This document shows, piece after piece, positions 12,674 to 27,385 of a stretch of 64,000 nucleotides of DNA. The notes below the pieces were generated by a model. That model did no database searches. It was not told the DNA's origin and saw only the letters and a program-made list of their open reading frames with translations. Origin of the DNA: the human T2T-CHM13v2.0 reference genome, Homo sapiens; NCBI RefSeq assembly GCF_009914755.1, contig NC_060934.1; one strand, 5' to 3'. A program made the position numbers and the translations under genes. How positions within the stretch are numbered: the stretch's first letter is position 1; each line of letters opens with the position of its first letter.

Positions 12674-13390
12674 AACCACTATGAGATACCATCTCACACC
12701 AGTTAGAATGGCAATCATTCAAAAGTCAGGAAACAACAGGTGCTGGAGAGGATGTGGAGAAATAGGAACACTTTTACACTGTTGGTGGGGCTGTAAACTA
12801 GTTCAACCATTGTGGAAGTCAGTGTGGCGATTCCTCAAGGATCTAGAATTAGAAATACCATTTGACCCAGCCATCCCATTACTGGATATATACCCAAAGG
12901 ATTATAAATCATGCTGCTATAAAGACACATGCACACGTATGTTTACTGTGGCACTATTCACAATAGCAAAGACTTGGAACTAACCCAAATGTCCAACAAT
13001 GATAGACTGGATTAAGAAAATGTGGCACATATACACCACGGAATACTATGCAGCCATAAAAAATAATGAGTTCATGTCCTTTGTAGGGACATGGATGAAG
13101 CTGGAAACCATCATTCTCAGCAAACTATTGCAAGGACAAAATACCAAATACTGCATGTTCTCACTCACAGGTGGGAACTGAACAATGAAAACACTTGGAC
13201 ACAGGGAGGGGAACATCACACACCGAGGCCTGTTGTGGGGTGGGGGGAGGGGGGGACAGCATTATTAGGAGATATACCTAATGTAAATGACGAGTTAATG
13301 GGTGCAGCACACCAACATGGCACATGTATACATATGTAACAAACCTGCACATTGTGCACATGTACCCTAAAACTTAAAAAAAAAAAAAAA
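12674..13390 (+). mobile_element. 5'-truncated L1PA (end of ORF2 plus 3' UTR)
   Basis: ORF2 C-terminal peptide RYHLTPVRMAII...HCWW, G-rich 3' UTR, poly-A, and perfect TSD aaagacttactgcc (12660-12673 and 13388-13401). Confidence 0.95.
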
Positions 13391-16300
13391 GACTTACTGC
13401 CCTACTCCTTAAAGGGTAAGGAGGCACCACAACTCCTCACAGATACAGTAGGGGATGCTTTTGTGAAAATACCACATTTTTTATATTTCTCATTGGTGTT
13501 TGCCTAAGTGGTATTTTTACGGCAGTGCTAACAATTAGAATAATCGCTTCAACAAAAAGGAATGTAACTTGATACATTTTAGAAAAAAGCAAAAATGTTT
13601 ATTATTTTCTTCTTAAGTAACTTTTTTTCTTAAAAAAGAAGCCAACAAAATAATATTCTAACAGTCCCTAAAAAGCAAGGAAGAGTCCCTCTCAGGCCCT
13701 TCAGGCTTGTCCCTGCTTGATCTTACTCTGGTCTCTGTCACCCCCCAGTGGACGCCACACTCATCTACAAGCCTCGCCCATCAACGGCCTCTGAGGCCTT
13801 AGCAGGTTTTTGCACCTGACAAGAGGCGCATCATTGCAGCAAAGCGCTCTAAGTGCTCGCTCTGTGAGCAGCATTCTACCTTTACACTTTCAATAGAAGA
13901 ATACACACACTCTGACTGTTCTAACAGTTTTCGGGAAGAATCGGTGGGGGGCCACTATCAGGAAAATAATTCTACTATTCTAGGAAAGAGTTATCCCCTT
14001 CCAGATCAAACAGTAAGTCCAATTGTATTTTTAAATATTGCTGACTTCAAATATACTATCTGAAAAATCAAATGACTTTATATTTAATGTAATATTAGCC
14101 AAAATATACAATTCAAACACTTGTAGCTTTCAATAACATGATGAAAAGAAATAGAATTTGCTTTCTAAAGTATGGCTATAATTTTTTTAAAGTTCAAAAA
14201 ATTTTTATAGTTGGGTTCATAGGCTTGACTTTTTTTCCCAGCAGATTAAACTTGAAAGTTAAAGGAAAAAGAGACTATTATGTAAACACATCTCTCACTA
14301 TAAACCTATTTAATGCCACATAAATTCAAGAGGTCTTTGTTAAGTAACTTTAAAAACCTACACTTTGTCTCCTAGAGTTTCAATTTTTATACACATGTAA
14401 AAATGGTTAAATGTAACATCATTTTACATTATATGAATAAATAAAAGTGAAAACCCACTCCAATCCTCAAAAAGTGGGGCAATTTCTAAACTGACATACA
14501 ATAAAATGGCTTCGTTTCTATGTATGTGCAGTCAAGCTAGAGAATGGTTTCACTACCCCCAAAAACTGCCTCAGGCTAACCTTTTATAAACAGTAGTTTT
14601 TTTATTATCTAAAAAATACATTAGGATTTCATTTATTCAATAAAAGTAACAAATACAGCCACAGCCACAGCCCCGCAGTGTATTAGGTGCTGGTGAGGCA
14701 GGAGCCGGTTACTGTCCCAGGGAACTTTCTGTCTAATAGAGACATGACTGACAGAGGCACTGGAAGTGTGAGGACAAAAGCATGTGTAGTGGACGGGTCA
14801 GGCACAAAACACAGGTGCAGGTGATCAAGTTCTGTGGGTTTGGGGAGGCCAGGCACCGGCTGAGAAGGCTTCAGGCGATGCTTAAACCAAGTCGTGAAAC
14901 TTGGCAGAAAGGATGAGGACAGAGGCATCTGGGGAATGGTCGGGAGCATTCTTGGAGGAGGAGCGTATTCCAAGGCAAAGTGCCTTGAAAGAGCAGGCCG
15001 ATTAGAGCTGTGAGCTGCAAGGCGCAGGGCCAGGTGGGTGTAATGCACAGCTCTGGAGTCAACTGACAGAACTCTCATTACCAACTGTCTGACCTCGGGC
15101 AGGTACTTAACCTTGAAGCCCAAGTTTCCTCCTTGGTAAGCTACTAATAATAATACTGATCGCAAACTCCCCATGAAAACTATTCAAAATTAAAATAAAT
15201 GTCAGTTAATTACAAATTATTGCCCTACCAAATTAGGAACAAATGAAAAGAACAGAGGATTCCATCAGGTTCAAAGATTTCTAAAGGTAAAAAGTCAAGA
15301 TCTTCTGGGTGGAAAGGGGCAGACCCTGAGGAGAAGGAAGAATGAGGTGGTGGGCGACGAGGGTCTAAGGAATCCAGACTATGTGACAAAGCCATCTCGC
15401 AGGCACCACCTTCGAGATAATAAAGGCGGTGCCACCCGATGGAACTCACCTGGAGTTCCAGCTCATGCTTCAGCTGACTGAGAAAGTACACCCCAAGTTT
15501 ACCTGGGAAAAAAGTCTTAATTCCTGAAGATCCAGAACTAAATGGCAAAGTTTAAGAGAATCAAAGGTGATTAATTCTGTAGTTTTTTGCATTAAGGAAT
15601 CTGTTTGTATTTAGAATTTTCTGTGTTTTATATATTTATATTTCAGAGAATTTGGCCAAGTTGGCCTTCTTATGCCAATTTAAAAATATGCAAATGAGTC
15701 ACTGATTTGAACTTTAGATTTTAAACTTATAAAGAGTATACTGAAACAAAAGACTTAAGGTTCAGGATATTCTTAAGGTTGAATTAATTAGATTTGTAAG
15801 TTTTTTAGAACTAGGACACATTTTATTTAAATTGAAATTTGATACATTGAAAGGAAACTGGATATATTACATTTATAAAGGCAATTAAAAACGTTTGTAG
15901 GAATTTATGTTTATAAGTGGAACCAAACATTAAAGTTCCATTAGACGAGAATGTTAAAATTTGCCAGATTTTAAAATACTATACTAACTTTTGTAAACTG
16001 AATTAAATGTAAGGAAGAAATACGTTTCTAAATTTGTGAGTTTAATAAATACTAATTTTTAAAATCTAAATAATCCTGTGCATAGAAAATTTGTCCTTGA
16101 ATTAATGATTTTTTTTAAAAAAAACTTGCATCAACAAATGACTACTGCAAAGGGCTGCTGGAAAAAATTAAGTTAATATGTGAATTCAAAGCATTTAGCA
16201 AAAAATCTATCATAGAAGACTCAGTTTGCTGTTATCATTACTACTATGTGACTCAAAAGCGGCCGGGGAGGTGGGATGTGAAGTGTGGAAGCTGCGGACA

Positions 16301-16736
16301 GAAAAGTGCTATACCTTACACTAAGGAGTGTGGATGTTCTCCCGTAAGCACTGAAGTACCCCGAAGGCTATGGCCATTTACCAAGACTAAAATGGCTCTG
16401 TCAACTATTCTGAGAAAAATCTTTGATTCTTCTATCTAGGTCATAAACTATAAATCTGGCTAAACTGGCAGTCATAGTGGATTAACATAGGCTTTCTAAC
16501 CAGAATGACTTCCGTTAATTGACAAAAGTGCTGCCAAATGGCTTCATCTGAATAGAAGACAGCATGGGGGAAAACCAGTAAACAGAAAACTAGGAAGCAT
16601 TTACTCTGCCTTTTCAGTACTAACTACATTTTAAGGTAACCAAAGAGTTACATTTAAGGTAACTCTCTTGATAAGGGAGGACAAACTCTTTGCTACAGAA
16701 GAAAGTTTGCCAAAAAAAAAAAAAAAATGTAAAAGA

Positions 16737-17100
<364 letters not shown>

Positions 17101-18258
17101 TTATCAATGGAAGCCAAAAGCATGAGGGAGAGCGTTAAAGGGAAACTGGACATCTCCATACAGTGTCAAGACATCATCCACAGATTATCTGCTAACTGAA
17201 AAGATTTTTTTTTAATTAAAAAAACTTTTATTTTAAAACAAAAAGATATGATTATCGTCAGCAAACTCAGCATCTCCAGTATTAAGAAAACAGTAGTCAC
17301 TGTGGGACTCCTGTCTAATCTAAATCTTATTAAACTGCTACATCTAGCTTCTAGTTTGCTGAAACTACACAGAACACCAGGAAAGAAAAACCAGACAACT
17401 CCTGAGTGTGCGACATTCCACAGAATAGTGGGACTGTGCTCTTCAGCAGCTCAGTGTCATTCAGAGGAAAACAAAAGGTGGGGTGAAGAGGGGGGAAGAG
17501 GAAAGGTGTACTGCTCCCTGTCAAGCGACTTAAGCCCATAACAAATACAAAATGTAGCCCTGACTAAGTGCTGGTGAGAAAAACAGCTTAACAGGCAGCC
17601 TAAGGGACAACTGGAAATCTTCCCACATGGAGCTGGCCTGAGATGATGCTGAGGAGTCACACTGTAGTCACACTGTTACACTTGTTAGTGTAGCAATGGC
17701 ATTGTGGTTGGCTGGGGGAAGGTCCTTGTTTCTTGGCTACAGAGACAAGTATTTGAGGTGAAGTATCCTGATGTCCTTATTTTCACTTTAAAATTGTTCA
17801 AATAAGCTGGGCAATGGGTACCTGGGAGGAAGTCATTATACATTTCCTTACTTCTGAATATGTTTGAAAAGTTTCACAATAAAAAAGTTTCAAAAAATGT
17901 TTCAACAGCAACTACAAAACATACAGAAATAAAATAAAGGTACAAAAACGCTAACAATAGTTAAATCTATGAGGTGGGCATATGGGTGATCATTTTTAAT
18001 TTTTACATCATATTTCTCTGTATTTTTGATAGTTTTCATAAGTAAAATAAAAGATGCCAAACCCACACACAAAAACCCCCACAAAACTCCTCTTCACACA
18101 AATCTAGTCAATGAAAACCAAAAATTTAAATGGTAGACAGTGTATGTAGATTATAACAATGATAAAAAACTACATGTCAAAAAAACATAGACATGAATAC
18201 AGCAAAAGAAGACATGCCTTTCAACACTTTTACAAACCACCCCCATACTATGAAATAA

Positions 18259-18613
<355 letters not shown>

Positions 18614-20040
18614 TAAACTAAGAAAATCAGAATTAACTAATTCAAGAGCTGATTCTTGATACAAGCCAATTAATAAAGACTAAATTCTGGATAATTTTAT
18701 CAAAGAGCAGGAGAAGGTACAAAGAAAGTGAGAAATGAAAATGTAGGATTGTTACAGATATAAAAAGAACCGTAAGAGATTGCTTTGCAAAACCTTACAT
18801 AAATATATTAAGAAACTAGAAATGAATAGCTTTCTAGGAAAATATAAATGACCAAATGACCCACATTGACCTTAGAAGATAAATCAAAACATTAACCCCC
18901 AAAACAATTATATCAGACGGAAATAGTTTCACAAATATATTTTCGAGCTGTTAAGGAATAATTTTAATACTATGTAAAAGTTCCAGAACACAGAGAAAGA
19001 AGGAAGGCTTCCAAATTATGAGGACAGTATAACCTGACAACACACAGACGTTTTGGTTAACTGCAATGAAATCTCAGGAATAACCATTCAAAATGTTAAG
19101 TAAAATGTTAGACAGTATAAATCAGCAGTACTATAAAGGAATAATTTATAACAACCAAGTAAAGTTTATCCAAGAATTGCAATGAATCATTCACCACTAG
19201 GAGGTACATTAACAAAATTATTAATGTGAAAAGGTTTTAAAGGGAAAAAAATGATTATTTGTGTTCAAAAGGCACTCAAAAAAACTGAGCAAGCACTTTG
19301 ATTTTTCAAGAAAACTTAAAAACAGTAATAGATGAATACTTTCTAGCTATTTTCTAAAAAACAGATAGGATGCATGAATACTGAAAAGGAAGAGGAAGAA
19401 CTATTATTTGTTGAAGATAAGATTTTGTATCTTAAATCTTAGAAAACCTAAGATAACTGATCAAATATATTGGCTACAAAAATATTATTAAAAGGATACC
19501 AAGAGTTTTCCTAACCAGTTAGAAAGAAATGGAAGAAAATCTTCAACTTGCAATAGCAATAAAAGATACAACTATCCCCCATAGGACGTGGCACCCCTGC
19601 TTTGACTCTGTTTGGGTCTCCTCTGCAGAGCCCCTGCTTAGGCTCCAACGCCAGTGGCAGCAGCGACGTCCACACACCTGAGGCTGTGGAGAAATGGCAG
19701 TTCTGTAGCACACCTGTGGTTGTCCAGTGACCACCTGCTGACAGCCACGTTTCATATGGTACACGAGTGGGGGATGGAATGTGAGACCAGAAATGTCTTC
19801 ACAGTCACATGAAGAAAACAAACCTCAACGACTGTAAAATAAAAGCTTTTACTTAGAAAAACTCAATTTTTAAAATATCAATTTTCTCTCAAAAATCCTT
19901 AATGTCAGTGCAATCTCAATATTAATAAAATACTGTATCTGAATACCACTAAAATACTAGTGGATTCTTTTTTGTAACTTGACAAAATAATATAAAATAA
20001 TGAGGGGACATTTGCCCTAATAGATATGCAAAGTGTAACT

Positions 20041-20320
20041 GGAGGCCGGATACTCCTGTTATCCTAGCACTTTGGGAGGCTGAGGTGGGCAGATTGCTTG
20101 AGTCCAGGAGTCTGAGACCAGCCTGGGCAACATGGCAGAACCCTGCCTCTACAAAAAATACTAAAATTACCCAGGAGTGGTGGCATGCACCTGTAGTCCC
20201 AGCTACCTGGGGAGACTGAGGTGGGAGGATCACTTGAGCCGGGGAGGTCAAGGCTGCAGTGAGCCATGATTGAGCCATCACACTCCAGCCTAGGCAACAG
20301 AGTGAGACCCTGTCTCATGT
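20041..20320 (+). mobile_element. AluJ, with almost no poly-A tail
   Basis: AluJ diagnostic GGAGGATCACTTGAGCC and TSD aagtgtaactgga. Confidence 0.88.
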
Positions 20321-20976
20321 TTAAAAAGTGTAACTGGAAAAGCAGAGAGCAATGGAACAGAATAGAGTGCCAAAATGTAATGTAATAAATGCCACTAATC
20401 CACATGACTAATGGTTTGGAAAATAAGCAGAGCTGAGTTCTTATTCCATAACAAAAAGTAAATTCTAGATGAGCTGAAGATTTCATCATACTCAATTATA
20501 TCTCAATGAAGTTGTACCCATAAGCACTGAAAACATATAAATGTTAGAAGAGAAATATGGGTACTTAAGAAAAAACACTTCATCCAGCATGTGGAAAATT
20601 CTTTACAAAAAACACAAAAGCAAGAAGCCATAGGGAAAGCTGTATGGAAGGTGTCTGCAACACATAATAAACTGGCTAGCCTCCTTAACAAGAACCTGTA
20701 TGAACAGACCAATAGAAAAATGGGCAACAGATGAACAGGGAAGTTCACAGAAAAAGAAAGAAGGGTGCCCCAAAGATATCTAAGAAAGATACTCAAAGAA
20801 CTACCAATCAGAACAACAATGGAAGACTCTATCCAATCAGTAAACATTTTAAAATGTAACAGCACCATGTTTTCATGTGGGCCTAGGAAAACAGGCCTCA
20901 TTGCACATGACTCGGGGGAGTTCACACTGCCACATTATGTAAGGAGTCAAAAGGAAGTGGCATGTTCATGTAGGTG

Positions 20977-21286
20977 TTTTTTTTTTTTTTTGGTTTTTTT
21001 TTTTTGAGTCGGAGTCTCACTTTGTCGCCCAGGTTGGAGCGCAGTGACGCGATCTCAGCTCACTGAAAGCTCCACCTCCCGGGTTCATGCCATTCTCCTG
21101 CCTCAACTTCCCGAGTAACTGGGACTACAGGGGCCTGCCACTATGCCCGACTAATTTGTTGTATTTTTAGTAGAAACGGGGTTTCACCGTGTTAGCCAGG
21201 ATGGTCTCGGTCTCCTGACCTCGTGATCTGCCCTCCTCGGCCTCCTGAAGTGCTGGGATTACAGGGGTGAGCCACTGTGCCCAGCC
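20977..21286 (-). mobile_element. AluY/Sc-like element
   Basis: Reverse-complement Alu with TSD-like tcatg(t/g)aggt. Confidence 0.92.
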
Positions 21287-23144
21287 TCATGGAGGTTTTT
21301 AAAAGGACAGATGTGACATGGAATTTTCTTGGTATGAGGTTCATTTAATTATCTTAGTGTTCCATATACAGTTCACAACAATTTAAAAAGAATGACAGGC
21401 AGGCGATGAAAGGCAGATGGTCGTGCTAGAAAACGCAGAGATGCCTAATCCATTCTACCTTCACTGCCAGTATGATCAGAGCATGATTCTGCTATCATTT
21501 ATTCCTCCCCTTTTCTCCCCTGCCCCATTCTCTGTCCCCATTCTATCATTTCCTGGTAAAACGATCTTACAGACTACTGCTACTAGGTTTCCCTATCTGC
21601 ACAATGTAGATGAGCACTTTTATGAGTTATTTTTAGAGATTAAATGAGACAGCACCTGTGGTACGTGGCACACAGTAAACACCCAATAAATATTAGCTGC
21701 TAATTAGATGCTAAGTCACCACCATCGCAATCCATGACACAGGTTTTGAATTATCTCACGTTTAAATAGTTCTATATTTTTTCCTCTATATTTGACTTTT
21801 ACTAAAATTTGCCTTGACCTCTTTTTATAGAAGGAGGCAAGGTATTTAAAAATAAATGATAGTAGAATAAAATAAATAAAAATAAATGATAGTAGAAAAC
21901 AGAAGTCATTACACTGAACAGGAGAGGGCTGACCTCACTTAACAAAGGCAACGGCTCCACAAGGCCAAGGCCCACACCCCATTACTGCTGTGAGGGTTGC
22001 TTCCTAGGAGCCTGGATGACCTTGAGCAAACCTTGGAGCAGTGCTGATTAGACCCTTCTCAATTAAGTAAATAAAAGCAAACATCTTGGTTTTTACCAAA
22101 AGGAAAAATGTATTTTCCATGGAAGTACTGCTTGTCCTTCTGTACAGACACAGCCAACATGACACACTGATGGGGAAACGCCAAATTCACCTCTGCATGA
22201 GGGCATACATAACTGACTTTCTTTACTTTTCATCTCTTGCCCATGACCTTCCACTTCCCTAGCCTCTTACTACACCCATCCACTGCAACAAAGGTAAGAA
22301 AGAAGAAAAGCGAAAGTAACTTTTTCTCAAGACATACATGGTGAAGTACTATCTGGTAGAAACTTTGAAAGTTATTCCTCCTGTGATCTTTCGACATTTT
22401 CATTTTCTTCCCTCCCTTCCTGCACTCCCCTTCTTCTGCTCCTCTCCCATTTACCCTGCGGCTAGCTCTAGTAATGCCCCATTCACCCTCTGTTATCATT
22501 CTCGTATATTCTAGCTCTCCAGTGCACACCCTGAGAGCTTCTCATCTTTCTCTTCAGTTCTTAAATCCCCAGCAAAGTAGTACCTAGCAGAAAACCTATT
22601 AGTAGGTGCTGAAAAATGTCTTACAATAAGTGAATAAAATATATTATCTATACTGTAGCATACTACAAAGAGCCCTGGGCTAGTAGTCAGAAAAACTGGC
22701 CTGCAGTCTCAGTAATGCTATTTGGTGGTTCTGTGGCTTCATATTTAAGCCACTTAGGCACTAAAGTATCAATTTCCTCATCTATAAGATGGGGCTTTTA
22801 CTGTACTTACTATTGCTGTACTTACTATTGTATACGGTTTCACAAAATGAGATGAAGAAAGCAAAAAAAAGCTTATTGTTATGCTCGTTTAAAGCACCAT
22901 GGCTACTTCTGTTGAACAACAGTATTTGCCAACCAAACTTCTAAATGTAAGCAGGAATAGTACAGTCATCTATTAGGAGAGGCAGATTTAATTAATATGT
23001 TTATTTGCCTTTCCCTAAAATAAGGAAAAAGCCAAAGCAGCTGAGCTGGTAAGGCATTCATCCACATTATGTCATCACAAGTATAATGCTTACGCTGTGG
23101 GCAAGAAACAGCCCATGTTAATTATGCCATGTCTTCCAATCTTA

Positions 23145-23375
<231 letters not shown>

Positions 23376-24269
23376 CTACTTTAGGTAGGAAGATATTCTA
23401 TTATATTCAGGTGTAGTGTAAAAGGGCATTAAAAAGGGCACAAGCAGCATACAACTTACATATGGCATTGAGGACATCATTAAAACTCAGTAAGACAAAA
23501 ATATTGCCTGATATTAAAGCAGCCACAGAGAAAAGCAGGAAAGTTTACTGGGAGAAAGGATGGGAGGAGAATACTGCCTAATACTTCCTCATTGGAATAA
23601 CCACACCTAGGCATTAGTATTACCCCAGAGCAAGAGCTTCTTAGAGACAGACACAGAAAGACTACCTCAGCCGGCATGAGGCCTTTCTCTTTTATTGATA
23701 CGGAGCTCCAAGAAGCCCCATTTTAAGTCTGTATTTCTTACTGTTTCAGAATTTCCCAGAACATCTGGATTATTAATTTTGTGAGTTTTATTTCTATTTA
23801 TGAAATTCATTTTCTTGGAAAAAGACATTCAAATTAAATATGAACACAAAGCAGAAAGTAAAAATCTGCTCATTACATAATACCCTACATAATACACCTC
23901 ATTACATAACACCCTACAGGTAGATCCAGGTATTTACAAGTGTTTATGTATATCAATTGAAGAATCCAAATTATACTTTTCAAGTTATTCCCCTTTTTGC
24001 TTTTTTCCCCATTCACTAATGTATCACTGATATCTCTCATTTCAACAAATATGATGTGTACTATATGTAAGCATTGTAATTTACTTAAACAGTCTTCTAT
24101 TAATGGCCATTTAGGTGGTTTTTGATTTTTTATTATTTAAAACCACTGTGTGATGAACCTCCAGTAACAACGTATTTTTAAGACAATCAGTAAGAAAAAA
24201 AAGAAAAAGGAAAAAATTTCTTATGAGCTTTAGCTAACTATTGGTTAATATGCCCAGAAAGAGTTTTTC

Positions 24270-24560
24270 TTTTTTTTAATTGGCTAATGACAAATTGTAT
24301 ATATCTGTGGTACACAATGTTTTGATATATGTATACACTGTGGAATGACTAAGTCAAGCTAATTGACACATCATTACCTCACATACTTATCTGTCCATAG
24401 TGAGAACATTTAAGATGTACTCTCAGCAATTTTCAAGTATACTGTACATTATTATAAATTATAGTCACCATGCTGTATGACAGCTCTCCAGAGCTTACTC
24501 CTACTGTCTAACTGAAACTTGAACCAGCATCTCCTCCCATCCCGCAGCCACCCTTCCATT
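24270..24560 (-). mobile_element. L1M 3'-end fragment
   Basis: Degenerate tgtggaatgactaagtcaagctaattgac...ctctcagcaattttcaagtata. Confidence 0.65.
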
Positions 24561-24895
24561 TCGGAAGCTTTATATGGTGGAGACGGAAGTTCACGTAAGT
24601 CTCTAACCAAGAAAAATACACAGCAGCAGATTTGTCCACAGCTCATTTAGTCTAATGATACGGTAGCATGTAAAGCAGTTGCTATGCTTAACATTTATTT
24701 ACAAGGGTAAAGAAACTTTTTACTTGTCAAAATTAATCAAGGGTCATATAAGTAGAACAATTTAAGAAGCAGATGAGAGCTACAAAGAAATATGTTTCTA
24801 CTTCCTCATTCTTGAGGGAACATTAAGCTAATGTCTCTTAATAAAAACTGTACTTCTGTTCTCTATTTTGATCCCTTAACAATCCAGAAAGAAAG

Positions 24896-25155
24896 TGGGG
24901 GGGGAGGGGAGGGAGAGAGGGAGAGAGGGAGAGGAGGAGAGAGAGAGGGAGAGAGAGAGGAAGGGAGGGAGGGAGAGAGGCAGGGAGAGAGGAAGAGAGG
25001 GAGAGAGGGGGAGGGGGGAGGGGGGGGAGAAGGGGAGGGAGAGGGGGAGGGGGAGAGGGGTAGGGACTGGGGGAGAGGGGTAGGGAGGGAGGGAGAGAGG
25101 TGGGGGGTGGGGAGGCAAAAGGCGGTGTGGGGGGGCCGGTGCGGGGAGGAAGGAA
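24896..25155. repeat. G/GA-rich polypurine low-complexity tract
   Basis: About 260 bp of GGGA/GAGA/GGGG runs. Confidence 0.95.
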
Positions 25156-26354
25156 AAGAGATTTCACGAGATCAGATGACAGACTTGAATCCTGGAAGAC
25201 ACATAGTCAATTGTTTTGTTCTGGTGCATTAGTTGGGGAAAGAAGAACTGAGTATAAGGGAAGTGAACCACAAAAATTCTGAGTCCTTTTCTTGAAAAAA
25301 CTAAACATAACAAAAGTGCTTTTAAAGGGCATTTTCATTCCTATCTAAAGTATGGATAATCTGGCACTCCTGCAGTCCATGCTTTTCAAGTAAGCAACCA
25401 ACCAATCTTATAGTAAAGTCCGTAACATGTACTTAGAACAATGCCAAGCACAGCAGAGAGAAAAACTATAAACAAGACCCTGTGCACTCAATTAGTTTAT
25501 AATTTAGTTGGGAAGCGCAACAGATCATTCAAGAATAACCTAAGAGAGTTGAGTGCACAATGAACATGAAACTATGTGGTATGACCTGGATTAGAAGTAC
25601 GTGTACGTATGAAGCTCTAGAGCTTTCAATGATTTTCTTTTCTGCATAGCTACAAGAGAAGTCACAGAATTTTTAAGGCTGAATTGAAACTTTAGAGATG
25701 AACAAGGTTCTTCATGAAAAAAAATCTCATTTCTTTATTTTAAAGTAAGGCATAACATATCAAATTTATAGAGCCCTTAAATATATTGCAACTGAAGACT
25801 AAAAATTCTCCAGTTTTTTTTTTTTTTAATCTTGCTCCATTTATCTGCCTATAGACACTGGCTGAACTTGCCCCAGAGGCCATAATGCACTGAGGTAGAG
25901 AAGTGGGTCTGTGTGCTCCCAACCACAGTTCAGCTGGGTGCTATTCTCCCTGGATGAAGGAAACAGTAATAGAAAACGTTCTCTCCAGCCTTTTGAACTA
26001 AGGGGCCTGGTTTCTTTGGTCTTCCTTCTCTTACTGCAAACTTGAGATTCAGACTGATGAAAAGGACAAGGGATCCCAGTGGAAACAAATACTTAACGAA
26101 AAATATTACTAGTGAAACCAACTAACTGCATTCTATAAAAGTGTGAAAATGACACTAATATAAACAGAAAAGAACCAAAGACCTTTGCACTGAAGTAAGC
26201 TTCTAGTCATGAGAAAGAACTTACAAAAGTACATTACCAATTGATGATAATTTCTCCACTGATTTTCAAAAAAAATTTAAACCACTATTAAAAGACAATG
26301 AAGTTGAAGTGGGTGGGGAATGAGAAATCAAGGTTAAATAAGCCTCAATTTTTA

Positions 26355-26486
<132 letters not shown>

Positions 26487-26584
26487 CTACAATTAAAAGC
26501 AAAACAAAACAAAAATAGGGTTAACAGCTTCCCCTCACCTTGTATTTATAATTTTATGACTGAGTTTTGTAAATAAATACTTAC

Positions 26585-26650
26585 ACGATCAAGGAAACAC
26601 TGAAAAAACCATTTCATTGTGTAAAAACTTGTGTAGATTTCTTGAGAATC
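26585..26650 (-). CDS. USP6NL: USP6NL coding exon, 66 nt: [22 protein letters not shown]
   Basis: tttcag|GAT...CGT|gtaagt. Carries the WF TBC motif. Confidence 0.96.
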
Positions 26651-27142
26651 CTGAAAAAACAAAGAGCTCACAATTTATGGATTGTAGCAAACTAAATTTA
26701 ACAAAATAATACTAAGTTAGGAAGGCTGTTGGATGCAGCTATCAAAGCTAAACACATTTACTTCTCAAAATCACTCCAAGAATAAATTCCTCTTAGGACT
26801 GTAATACAACAATTAGATTCTCTTTAATATATTTTACAGTGAGCTTTCTTTGTTTTACTAAACTACTGTGTTTTATAGTAAGGCATATATATAGTTCACT
26901 AACAACGAGTTTCTGTGACCCTGAAAAAATATTTTTTGTACAATGAAAAAACCTCCAAAACAACTGGGAGATCCCATATCTTTAAATTATCACATTGTTT
27001 GTATCATTAGCTTCAAAGAAGTTCAAATCCCTCAGTAAGAACTGTGATAGCCTGTCAATATTAAATTTTACAAATCTAATGGTTTGTAAACAACTGGGAA
27101 TTATAACTGCATAGTAAATGAAATGGATGACACTATAAATTA

Positions 27143-27385
<243 letters not shown>

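Noticed and set aside
12681-13339. ORFs resembling a reverse-transcriptase protein C-terminus
   Set aside because: They come from a 5'-truncated L1PA with an internal stop and cannot be autonomous.
24831-25282. Gly/Glu/Arg-rich and Pro/Leu/Ser-rich ORFs
   Set aside because: They are translations of the GA-rich low-complexity tract.
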